Below are positions 11,044 through 19,856 of a DNA stretch of 40,512 nucleotides, piece after piece; positions within the stretch are counted from its first letter, which is position 1; each line of letters begins with the position of its first letter. Both the position numbers and the translations under genes were made by a program. The notes beneath the pieces are model-generated. The model saw only the letters and a list, made by a program, of their open reading frames with translations. It was not told the origin of the DNA and did not search any database. Location of the stretch: assembly GCA_002410925.1 (NCBI GenBank), contig DHPR01000036.1, forward strand, positions 1 through 40,512, given 5' to 3'. The stretch is from a bacterium UBP13_UBA5359. Its GTDB lineage: Bacteria; UBP13; UBA5359.

Positions 11044-11067
11044 TAGCACTAAGGCTAGGTCTGTCAA
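11040..11067 (-). promoter_or_regulatory. Sigma70/sigmaA promoter of the LacI-led operon
   Basis: TTGACA-16 nt-TATAAT with extended TGn -10. Confidence 0.85.
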
Positions 11068-11161
11068 TAATAATTGAAGGCCTCATTAAAATATAAAACT
11101 GATTTGAAAAAGCAAATGCACACCCCGGGGTTGCGTTCGGCCTTACAAACGGGGTAGTGCA

Positions 11162-11520
11162 TAGAGTATACCCGATTTAGTGGAGGCAAAATCAATCAGC
11201 AATAACGATCCTTGTGTCGCTGTATTCTGCCGGAGTTAGATAACCCAGCGTGCTATGTCGGCGATTACGATTGTAGAAGCTCTCTATATACCAAAAGATA
11301 TCCTGCTTGGCTTCCTCGCGGCTACGGTAATCGGCATGATGCACTAACTCTTTCTTAAGGCTGGCAAAAAAGCTTTCCGCTACTGCGTTATCCCAACAAT
11401 TGCCTTTACGGCTCATCGAAGATATCATACCACCGTTTACCATCTTTCTATACTCCTCACAGGCATACTGGCTGCTCCGGTCTGTATGGTGAATAAGTCC
11501 CGGATTTACGCTTCTTCTAT
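11162..11520 (-). mobile_element. IS3-family remnant (transposase C-terminus and degenerate right end)
   Basis: PGLIHHTDRSSQY...SMSRKGNCWDNAVAESFFASLKKE...FYNRNRRHSTLGYLTP; IR-like end TCCACTAAATCGGGTATACTCTA; the N-terminal part is absent. Confidence 0.9.
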
Positions 11521-11971
11521 ATAATGAGCATATCCGTGCCCATTTCCTGATCTGCTTTGTTGCATTTCTCATCATCCGGATCATTCAACATCGTATGAGA
11601 GAAAAGGCGTTATCAGCCGAGCAAATCGTAAGAGTACCGAGTGCTGCAACACGCCAGATTTTAAAAGATGGCACCATCCACCTGGACGATGCCGGCGGGC
11701 GATTGCCTTCCAGAAGATCCACAACAAGAAAAGCCAACCGGTGGACACGCCGGTATTTTCAAACGGAGATGAAATTGCGCTAGGCTACAAAGCAATACAG
11801 CATATGTCCGACACGGATTGCTGCAACACCTATCTTCGGCAAGAGGCATTTAATAAGCTCTTGAAGAAGATAGCGCTGTAGCATAACGAAATTCAAATAT
11901 GATCATATCCGGAGAAAGCCCATGGTTTCAACAACTACGGGCTCTTTTACTTTTTAACTGTAAAAGTCAGG
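11520..11971 (+). mobile_element. IS1634-family remnant (transposase C-terminus with frameshift, and right end)
   Basis: NEHIRAHFLICFVAFLIIRIIQHRM from about 11520, the IS1634 HIxAHFxICF signature; frameshift at about 11699; stop at 11879-11881; subterminal hairpin and end AACTGTAAAAGTCAGG (11956-11971). Confidence 0.8.
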
Positions 11972-12019
11972 TTATAGCATTTAATTCTATTTGCCGGAAG
12001 AAAGATTATATATAATGAT

Positions 12020-12520
12020 CTACTCTCGCCAGCCTTTCTTCTGCAGAGCGACGTTCTTTTCCAACACTTTGGCGGACATACGATGGCGAAAATCAATAAA
12101 GCGCGCTTTCAGCTCTTCATCGGAGAGGGCTAGAATCTGGGCGGCGTAGATGCCGGCGTTGCGAGCACCGTTGATAGCCATAGTGCCCACCGGTATGCCG
12201 GCCGGCATCTGGACGATGGAGTAGAGAGAATCCACTCCGCCTAGGGCGGCGGTCTTAATGGGTACGCCGATGATCGGCAGCTCGGTAAAAGCGGCCATAA
12301 CTCCTGCCAGATGGGCTGCGCCCCCGGCGCCGGCAATAATAACGGCCAGACCTCGACCGGCAGCATTTTTGGCGTACTCGGCCGCTGCCTCGGGAGTACG
12401 GTGAGCGGAGAGTATCTCCACCTCACATTCCACACCCAACTCCTCCAAAACAAGCGCCGCCTCCCGCATTACCGAAAGATCGGAATCGCTGCCCATGATT
12501 ATGCCTGCTCTGACACTCAT
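12020..12520 (-). CDS. purE: N5-carboxyaminoimidazole ribonucleotide mutase
   Basis: IIMGSDSD, SAHRTP, GAGGAAHLAG, IVQMPAGIPV; ATGA overlap with purD. Confidence 0.97.
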   Translation of the reverse strand: MSVRAGIIMGSDSDLSVMREAALVLEELGVECEVEILSAHRTPEAAAEYAKNAAGRGLAVIIAGAGGAAHLAGVMAAFTELPIIGVPIKTAALGGVDSLYSIVQMPAGIPVGTMAINGARNAGIYAAQILALSDEELKARFIDFRHRMSAKVLEKNVALQKKGWRE

Positions 12521-13800
12521 TGGTAAACCTCCCTATCTATAGCCCGCTTGGCGATATCGGATCGCCAGTGCGCATTTTTGAATGATATAGCATTGACAGC
12601 CTCATAAGCCCTGGCCGCTGCTCCGCAGAAGCAATCGCCTAAAGCGGTAACATTAAGAACGCGTCCTCCTGCGGTTACCGTATTACTGTCAACAAGAGCG
12701 GTTCCGGCATGAAATACCGTTACGTCATCGAGTTTGGCGACATCCTCCAATCCCGTTATGTGATAGCCAGTGCTGTATGCGGATGGATAGCCTCCCGAAG
12801 CCATAACGACGCTAACTGCCTTACGCTCGCTCCACTGCAGCGATATATTGTCCAGCTTACCGTCTGCACAGGCTTCCATAATATCCACCAAATCGCCTTC
12901 CAGCCGCGGCAGAATCACCTGAGTTTCGGGATCTCCAAAGCGCACATTGAATTCCAGCACCATAGGTCCGTCAGCCGTCAGCATCAATCCGGCATAGAGC
13001 ACACCCTTGAAAGGTACGCCCATAGAAGCCATCTCGGCAACCACCGGACAAAAGATGTTCTTTAAGGCCATCTCCCGAATTAGAGGCGTTACCGGTGCAA
13101 CCGGAGAATAGCAGCCCATACCGCCGGTGTTGGGGCCGGCATCTCCATCGGAAACACGCTTATAATCCTGGGCGGCATCCATCAGTACAACATCCCTGCC
13201 GTCGCAAAAGGCCATCAATGAGGCTTCTTCGCCATCCAGCATCTCCTCTATCAGCACTCGCCGCCCGGCAGAGCCGAAAACACTCTTTATCAATATATCG
13301 TCGATGGCCCTGTAAGCGTCAGCAGAGGTTTTGGCAATTATTACGCCCTTGCCGGCAGCCAGGCCGTCAGCTTTGATAACTAACGGAGCACCCATAGCTT
13401 CTACCCAAGCGGCTGCCTCTTCCGGCTGATCGAAGCTGCGATAAGCCGCTGTGGGAACGCCACAGCGCGTCATTATCTCCTTGGCAAATATCTTGCTGCC
13501 CTCAAGAAGAGCGGCTTTAGCTGTCGGGCCAAAGGCTTTGATACCGGATTGGCTGAGAGCATCCACCAGACCACATACCAGGGGTGCCTCGGGACCAATC
13601 ACTACCAGATCGATATCTTTGTCGACAGAGAATTTAACAATGGCCTCGATATCATCGGATTTTATCGGCAAACACTCGGCTACAGAACATATGCCGGCAT
13701 TGCCGGGAGCAGCGTAAACCTTTTCAACTCGTGGGCTGGCAGCTATTTTCCAAGCAAGAGCGTGCTCCCTGCCACCGGAACCTACAACCAATACCTTCAT
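12517..13800 (-). CDS. purD: Phosphoribosylamine-glycine ligase
   Basis: MKVLVVGSGGREHAL, KADGLAAGKGV, GPNTGGMG, EFNVRFGDPE; start set at the ATG after GGAGG. Confidence 0.97.
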   Translation of the reverse strand: MKVLVVGSGGREHALAWKIAASPRVEKVYAAPGNAGICSVAECLPIKSDDIEAIVKFSVDKDIDLVVIGPEAPLVCGLVDALSQSGIKAFGPTAKAALLEGSKIFAKEIMTRCGVPTAAYRSFDQPEEAAAWVEAMGAPLVIKADGLAAGKGVIIAKTSADAYRAIDDILIKSVFGSAGRRVLIEEMLDGEEASLMAFCDGRDVVLMDAAQDYKRVSDGDAGPNTGGMGCYSPVAPVTPLIREMALKNIFCPVVAEMASMGVPFKGVLYAGLMLTADGPMVLEFNVRFGDPETQVILPRLEGDLVDIMEACADGKLDNISLQWSERKAVSVVMASGGYPSAYSTGYHITGLEDVAKLDDVTVFHAGTALVDSNTVTAGGRVLNVTALGDCFCGAAARAYEAVNAISFKNAHWRSDIAKRAIDREVYQ

Positions 13801-13801
13801 A

Positions 13802-14695
13802 TCAACCTCCAATAAACCTTATCTCAGGCTCTAAAATAATGTCAAAGCGTTCACAGACCCGGCGGGACATCTCCTGCATCAGAGATGTAATATCAGCAGC
13901 TGTCGCTTCGCCCGTATTAATAATAAAATTGGCGTGCACCTCGGAAACGGCAGCGCCGCCTATGCGTAAACCTTTAAGCCCGACCATTTCCAGCAGACGG
14001 CCGGCATAATCGCCGGGGGGATTCTTAAAAATGCTGCCGGCACATGGATATCCCATCGGCTGCGTTGCCTTGCGCCCGGCTCTAAGGTGCTCGATGGCTT
14101 TCATGATTTCTGCTCTATCGCCCTCCATCAGCTCGAGCTCTGCGCCGGTGATTATCACATTAATATCTTGAAAGCTGCTGTAGCGATAATCAAAAATAAG
14201 ATCATCATGCTCCCAGACACGACAACTGCCATCAAGATCAACAGACCTGACTCTTCGTATAAGCGAACCGAGATTTCCATGTGACGTGCCGGCATTCATA
14301 ACTATGGCCCCTCCCAAGCTGCCACATATTCCAACAGCAAATTCCAGACCCGACAGACCTCGCGCTGCTGCAATCGAAACCAACCTGGATAACAAAAGGC
14401 CGGCTTCGGCATTAATAGATGTTCCTTTTGTTATAAAGTTTGCCAGGTTGCTTCCAATATGAATCACGCAACCCTCGTAACCTTCATCAAGCGCCAGAAG
14501 GTTTGAACCGCCGCCGATAATGGCAACAGCTACTTCTTCTTCTCTGAGAAGGCGCAGCAGCAGGGCCAGGTCATTCTCGCTCTCCGGTTCACAGAAAAGA
14601 GCTGCCGGGCCGCCTACACGCATGGTTAGATAAGCAGACAGAGATTCTTTATATAAGACCTTGCCTTTGAAACCATATTTAGAAGGATTGAACAT
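13802..14695 (-). CDS. murB: UDP-N-acetylmuramate dehydrogenase
   Basis: VGGPA, GGGSNLL, GGAIVMNAG, AGSIFKNP, HANFIIN, LEPE; start moved to the ATG just after the murC stop. Confidence 0.95.
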   Translation of the reverse strand: MFNPSKYGFKGKVLYKESLSAYLTMRVGGPAALFCEPESENDLALLLRLLREEEVAVAIIGGGSNLLALDEGYEGCVIHIGSNLANFITKGTSINAEAGLLLSRLVSIAAARGLSGLEFAVGICGSLGGAIVMNAGTSHGNLGSLIRRVRSVDLDGSCRVWEHDDLIFDYRYSSFQDINVIITGAELELMEGDRAEIMKAIEHLRAGRKATQPMGYPCAGSIFKNPPGDYAGRLLEMVGLKGLRIGGAAVSEVHANFIINTGEATAADITSLMQEMSRRVCERFDIILEPEIRFIGG

Positions 14696-14700
14696 CTTCG

Positions 14701-16107
14701 TTAGCGAACTACCGCCAATACCTCCTCTTCGCCGGTATGTGCCTTGAGATACTTTACCAATTCCTCTCCCAGCAGCCATATATCGCCGGCACCCATGGTA
14801 AACACCATATCACCAGGCTCTACCATCTCTTCCAGGGCGTTAAGCACATCCACCTGCGAGGGCAGATAACGTATATCCTTACCAGGGTTGTGACGACTTA
14901 CGAGATCGGCTACGTTACGAGCACTGATGCCATCTATCGGCGCTTCGCCTGCGGAGTAAATATCAGTAACAATAACCACATCAGCATCATTGAAGGCTTG
15001 TCCAAAGTCGTTACACAAGAGCTTTGTCCGGCTATAGCGATGCGGCTGAAAAGCCACCACCAGCCTATGTTTCCAACCCTCTCTGGCCGCCTGCAAAGTA
15101 GCTTTTATCTCGGACGGATGATGAGCATAGTCATCTACGACCGTTATATCATTAATGCTGCCTTTGACATGAAATCTTCTTTGAACGCCTCTAAAGCAGG
15201 CTAAGGCAGAGGCCATATCTTTAAATGGCAACTCCAGCAACACCCCCACGGCCAGAGCTGCCAGGGCATTGGCAATGTTATGCCTGCCCGGCACGTTGAG
15301 TTTGACCTCACTCAACAGGCTGCCTCGATGCCAGCATTCGAACATAGAACGATTCTTGAAGAATCTGGCTTCACGCGCTTGAAAATCCGCATCCGAAGAG
15401 AAACCGTAACTTATGAAGCGGGGATCATTCTCCTTCATAAGAGAAGCAGCGTTCTTATCATCAATACAGATAATAGCATTGCCATTTTCAGGCAAACGAG
15501 AAATAAACTGCTGAAAAGTTCCAATTATATCCTCTATACCTTTATAATAATCCAAGTGATCCGCCTCTATATTGGTGATCACCGCTATAACGGGGTTGAG
15601 GTTGACAAGGGACCCATCGCTCTCATCGGCTTCAGCTACAGCTACTCTACCGCATCCCAGCTTGGCATTGCCGCCTATATCATTTAATTCTCCACCGATA
15701 ATTACCGTAGGATCCTGATGGCAGCGCTCCAACAGCAGAGCTATCATGGAAGTAGTCGTCGTCTTGCCATGCGTGCCGGCCACCGCGATGCCGGTATGCT
15801 CTTCCATTATCCTGGCCAACATCTCGGCACGCTGCATGACAGTGATATGACGCCGCTTTGCCTCCACCCATTCCGGATTACTCTGCGGAATGGCTGAAGA
15901 AATGACTATTATATCGGCATCGCCTAGATTTTCAGCTGCATGCCCCATATATATCTTCGCTCCCAGGCGTTTTAATCTGCGTATAGCCTCAGAGGTCTTG
16001 ATATCCGAACCGGAAACACGATAACCCATCTCCAGCAGAACTTTGGCTATGCCGCTCATTCCGGAACCGCCTATGCCGACAAAGTGTATACGATCATCTC
16101 TTGTCAT
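14701..16107 (-). CDS. murC: UDP-N-acetylmuramate-L-alanine ligase
   Basis: HFVGIGGSGMSGIA, AGTHGKTTTT, EADESD, DDYAHHP, FQPHRYSRT; start at ATG after AAGGGAG. Confidence 0.97.
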   Translation of the reverse strand: MTRDDRIHFVGIGGSGMSGIAKVLLEMGYRVSGSDIKTSEAIRRLKRLGAKIYMGHAAENLGDADIIVISSAIPQSNPEWVEAKRRHITVMQRAEMLARIMEEHTGIAVAGTHGKTTTTSMIALLLERCHQDPTVIIGGELNDIGGNAKLGCGRVAVAEADESDGSLVNLNPVIAVITNIEADHLDYYKGIEDIIGTFQQFISRLPENGNAIICIDDKNAASLMKENDPRFISYGFSSDADFQAREARFFKNRSMFECWHRGSLLSEVKLNVPGRHNIANALAALAVGVLLELPFKDMASALACFRGVQRRFHVKGSINDITVVDDYAHHPSEIKATLQAAREGWKHRLVVAFQPHRYSRTKLLCNDFGQAFNDADVVIVTDIYSAGEAPIDGISARNVADLVSRHNPGKDIRYLPSQVDVLNALEEMVEPGDMVFTMGAGDIWLLGEELVKYLKAHTGEEEVLAVVR

Positions 16108-16210
16108 CTCTACTCCCTTCTCAAGACCGGCATATTCATTCCGGTCTTCCCCGATATCCTGCAATGAAACAAAATACCGGGTTTATATAATTTATACCCT
16201 CTTTGCTTCT

Positions 16211-17314
16211 TCAGACTATTATATTTTCAGCCAGATCGGCGATGCGTACAGCCGCATCATCTTTTGCCAAAGCTCTGACAGCCTGCCCCATACGCTCCAA
16301 CTCCTGTCTATCGCAGGCCAGCATCTCTATCCTGCCGGCCAGGTCATCTCCATTCAAAGAATCATCGAGTATGATCTGGGCTCCTCCTTCTCTTTCCAAC
16401 AAACGGGCATTATACTCCTGATGGTTCTCCGCTGCATAAGGATATGGCACCATTATAGCCGGACAACCACAGCAGGCAAGTTCCGACACGGTCGTTGCTC
16501 CCGCCCTGCAAATAGCCAAATCAGCCAGGGCCAATGCCTTATACATATCATCCATATACGGCATGACACGGTATATCGTCCTGCCGGTCTTCGGCATATG
16601 GTCCCTGACAAATTCAAACCCGCCACGACCGGTCAGATGTAAAAATTGCAGGTCATTGCGATCGCCAAGCAGGTGTACAGCATTTAGCGCTGCTCTGTTG
16701 ATACTGGCAGCCCCGCTGCTTCCACCAAAGATAAGCACAGTCATTCTACCGGACGAAAGCCCCAGTTCCGTAATAATCTCACAACGCTCTTCCGTTGTCA
16801 TCTCCCGACAAAGCATAATCTCCCGGCGTACTGGATTCCCTGTTACCGCCGCTTTGGCGCCCCTTAAATACTGCAGGCTCTCCTCATAAGAGAGAGCTAT
16901 TGCAGCCGCTCTGGAAGCAAAGAAACGATTTACCTTGCCCGGCAAAACATTCTGCTCGGCCAGGAGCACAGGAACTCTCGTCATTATAGCTGCCGTCACT
17001 GCCGGCACAGAGACATAGCCTCCAAAGCCGATAACCAGATCAGGTCGTATACGCCGCAAACAGGATAGTGCTTCAAAGAGACCTGCTCCCAGCTGCGCCA
17101 TTTTTTTGAAGGTACACAAAGAAGGCCTCCCGGACAAGGATATCGCCTTGATGGGAAAAAAATCGAAGCCTTCCTGCGGCACCAGCTGCTTTTCCGGCCC
17201 GGCACCGTTTCCAAACCAGAAAATGCCGGTCCCTCTTCTTCTAAGCTCAGCGGCGGTTGCCAGCCCCGGATATATATGTCCGCCGGTTCCTCCTCCGGCG
17301 ATTACCACTTTCAC
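16211..17314 (-). CDS. murG: Undecaprenyl-PP-MurNAc-pentapeptide GlcNAc transferase
   Basis: AGGGTGGHIYP, FGGYVS, EQN, TGNPVR, RAGATT. Confidence 0.97.
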   Translation of the reverse strand: MKVVIAGGGTGGHIYPGLATAAELRRRGTGIFWFGNGAGPEKQLVPQEGFDFFPIKAISLSGRPSLCTFKKMAQLGAGLFEALSCLRRIRPDLVIGFGGYVSVPAVTAAIMTRVPVLLAEQNVLPGKVNRFFASRAAAIALSYEESLQYLRGAKAAVTGNPVRREIMLCREMTTEERCEIITELGLSSGRMTVLIFGGSSGAASINRAALNAVHLLGDRNDLQFLHLTGRGGFEFVRDHMPKTGRTIYRVMPYMDDMYKALALADLAICRAGATTVSELACCGCPAIMVPYPYAAENHQEYNARLLEREGGAQIILDDSLNGDDLAGRIEMLACDRQELERMGQAVRALAKDDAAVRIADLAENIIV

Positions 17315-18434
17315 TTGTCTGCACTCTCCCCCTGGATTTGGATATATTCAAAAGCAACCCGGTTGCAAAAAGCAACAAAGTCAAGGATGATCCTCCATAG
17401 CTGATAAACGGCAACGGTATGCCGGTTACCGGCATGGAGCTGGTTACCACTCCTATGTTAATAAGAGCCTGACAGATTACCATGGTAGTCAATCCACAGG
17501 CCAGCAGCGCTCCAAAAGCATCGCTGGATTTAATGGCGGCACGATACCCTCTCCAGGCATAGAATATAAATAGGCATACCACTGCTGCCGCTCCTATAAG
17601 CCCCAGTTCTTCACCAATAATAGCAAATATAAAATCCGTATGCTGTTCCGGCAGATAGAGAAATTTCTGTTTACTATTTCCGAAACCGGCGCCCAGCAAA
17701 CCGCCGGATCCTAATGCTATAAGCGATTGAATTATATGATACCCTTTACCCTGAGGATCGGATTGAGGATTAAGAAAGGTCAGGACTCTATCCTTTTGAT
17801 AACCTTTCAGAATGAAGAGCCAGGCGAATACAGAGGCCGGCAATGCTGACAGAGTCGTCACGGCCAAATGTTTAATCCTGGCGCCTCCTGCTGCCAGAAG
17901 AACGAAACCGATAACAAGAATGGTGATGCCCGTACCCAGGTCAGGCTGCTTGAGCACCAGGAGAAAGACCACCATCAGTATTCCCAGCAGCGGTAAAAAA
18001 CCGCGTTGCAGATTGGTAACAAGGCGTGGTTTATCTGCAATAGCCGACGCAAAATAGATAGCTACCGCCAGCTTGGCCAGTTCCGACGGCTGAAATTTCA
18101 ACATACCGAAACCGAGCCAGCGAGCAGATCCTTTGGCACTATGACCCGAGCCTTCCAGCAGAACAAACCCCAGAAGAAGTATCGCGGCACAGAGAATGGG
18201 CTTGGCCAGAGGGCGAAGCTTTCGGTAATCGATATTAATACCGCAGAGCAATGCACCAAAGCCGATAAAGAGCCATATGAGCTGCTTTTTGAAGAAGAAG
18301 AAGGGATCTCCCGTCATCTCTTCAGCTTTGACATAGCTGGCACTGAGAATCATTGCCAGCCCGATAACGGTCAGCAGCATGGTTACCAGAAGCAGAGCTC
18401 TATCGATGCCTCTTCTCTCGGTTGCCAAAATCAT
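17247..18434 (-). CDS. ftsW: SEDS peptidoglycan glycosyltransferase FtsW
   Basis: FQPSELAK, KQPDLGT, YLPEQHTDFIFA, PVTGIPLPFISYGGSS; dcw position. Confidence 0.93.
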   Translation of the reverse strand: MILATERRGIDRALLLVTMLLTVIGLAMILSASYVKAEEMTGDPFFFFKKQLIWLFIGFGALLCGINIDYRKLRPLAKPILCAAILLLGFVLLEGSGHSAKGSARWLGFGMLKFQPSELAKLAVAIYFASAIADKPRLVTNLQRGFLPLLGILMVVFLLVLKQPDLGTGITILVIGFVLLAAGGARIKHLAVTTLSALPASVFAWLFILKGYQKDRVLTFLNPQSDPQGKGYHIIQSLIALGSGGLLGAGFGNSKQKFLYLPEQHTDFIFAIIGEELGLIGAAAVVCLFIFYAWRGYRAAIKSSDAFGALLACGLTTMVICQALINIGVVTSSMPVTGIPLPFISYGGSSLTLLLFATGLLLNISKSRGRVQTSESGNRRRRNRRTYISGAGNRR

Positions 18435-19813
18435 CAGCCTTCCTTAATATTATTCATCGACAGGCCCTCAACAGCACTCTTGAAAGCTGCTCCGCGAGCC
18501 TCGTAATTTCTAAACATATCGAAACTGGCGCATGCCGGAGAGAGTAAAACCGCTTCTCCCGGCCTGGCCAGCCGTGCCGAGAGCTGGACAGCCTCTTGCA
18601 TTGTACGAGCCCTGTAAATGCGGCTGTGCCCGGCTGCCGCAGCGCTCTTCTCTATGCGATCAGCCGTCTCTCCCACAAGGACAAGATATCTTACTGTATC
18701 AGCAATTAATTTGCCGAACTCTGTAAAATCCGTTCCTTTATCACTGCCTCCCGCAATGAGAACAAAAGGCTTATCCATAGCCTCTATCGCTTTACGAGAC
18801 GCATCAGGATTGGTCCCCTTGGAATCATTTATATACTCCACGCCATCAATTACGGCTACCGGCTCAAGCCTATGCTCAACACCTGAAAAGGATTGCACTG
18901 CCTGCCGCAAACTATTCTCATCCAAATCGCACACCACAGCCGCCAATGCAGCTGCCAGAACATTTTCCACATTATGAGCACCCCGCAGTTTCATCTCTGC
19001 AGGAGTACCCAAATCATAGATCCGGCCGCCAAAACGAATAACCATCCTTCCCTTTTCCAGGCAGGCGCCCTCGGATAAACGCTCTCTGCGGCTAAAATAG
19101 AGTATCCGGGAATTCAACCCTTCTCCCATAGCTCTGACCGCTGAATCGTCAGCATTGAGTATAGCCGTATCCTCCGGTCCCTGCCGCCTGAAAATACGCC
19201 GTTTGATCTCCCCATACTGCGCCACCGTTTTATGACGATCCAGATGATCCGGCGTCAAATTGAGCAACAGAGCCACCTTGGGCCGAAATCGGTCAACCCA
19301 TTCCAACTGAAAGCTGCTTATTTCCGCTACCACCCAGGCATCTTCCGAGCAACCTCGTGCTCCAAGGGTCAGCGGCAGGCCTATATTGCCTGCCACTCTG
19401 GTTTCACGGCCGGTATGGTGTAAAAGCTCTCCTATAAGAGTGGCTGTAGTGGTCTTGCCGTTAGTGCCGGTTACAGCTATTATGGGAGCACGACAAAGAC
19501 GGTAAGCCAATTCTACCTCACTCCATACGGGCAATCCCATATTTATAGCCGTTTGAAGCAGGGAAGAATTAACAGGCACGCCGGGGCTGGCTATCACCAA
19601 ATCGGCATCCGTGAGAACGGATAACTGCTTCTCTCCGGTAAAAAATCTGATACCATGCTTGACGGACAAAGCCCCTGCATCAAGCTCCTCCGGCGAACGC
19701 CTATCAGCCACATTAACCACAGCTCCCGCTTCCAGCAAAGCATCTGCCGCAGCTCTGCCGCTGAGGCCATAGCCTATTACAGCCACTTTTTTATCTGTAA
19801 ACATCTTCGACAT
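18434..19813 (-). CDS. murD: UDP-MurNAc-L-Ala-D-Glu ligase
   Basis: TGTNGKTTT, EISSFQLE, PDHLDRH, NDSKGTN, SPACASFDMF. Confidence 0.97.
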   Translation of the reverse strand: MSKMFTDKKVAVIGYGLSGRAAADALLEAGAVVNVADRRSPEELDAGALSVKHGIRFFTGEKQLSVLTDADLVIASPGVPVNSSLLQTAINMGLPVWSEVELAYRLCRAPIIAVTGTNGKTTTATLIGELLHHTGRETRVAGNIGLPLTLGARGCSEDAWVVAEISSFQLEWVDRFRPKVALLLNLTPDHLDRHKTVAQYGEIKRRIFRRQGPEDTAILNADDSAVRAMGEGLNSRILYFSRRERLSEGACLEKGRMVIRFGGRIYDLGTPAEMKLRGAHNVENVLAAALAAVVCDLDENSLRQAVQSFSGVEHRLEPVAVIDGVEYINDSKGTNPDASRKAIEAMDKPFVLIAGGSDKGTDFTEFGKLIADTVRYLVLVGETADRIEKSAAAAGHSRIYRARTMQEAVQLSARLARPGEAVLLSPACASFDMFRNYEARGAAFKSAVEGLSMNNIKEG

Positions 19814-19856
19814 TTTATTGCCTCGCTAGCAGCCGGATTGCAGGCCGGGGGCCGAA

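Noticed and set aside
11192-11584. Intact 130-aa transposase gene
   Set aside because: Its first ~20 codons are the antisense of the IS1634 fragment; only the IS3 C-terminal part is real and the first catalytic Asp region is missing.
11595-11881. Decayed LacI copy (DEIALGYKAIQ resembles a LacI segment) or independent small genes
   Set aside because: The upstream HIRAHFLICF signature and the terminal sequence fit an IS1634 remnant better.
16108-16210. Internal sigmaB-like promoter before murC (GGGTAT)
   Set aside because: No matching -35 at correct spacing.
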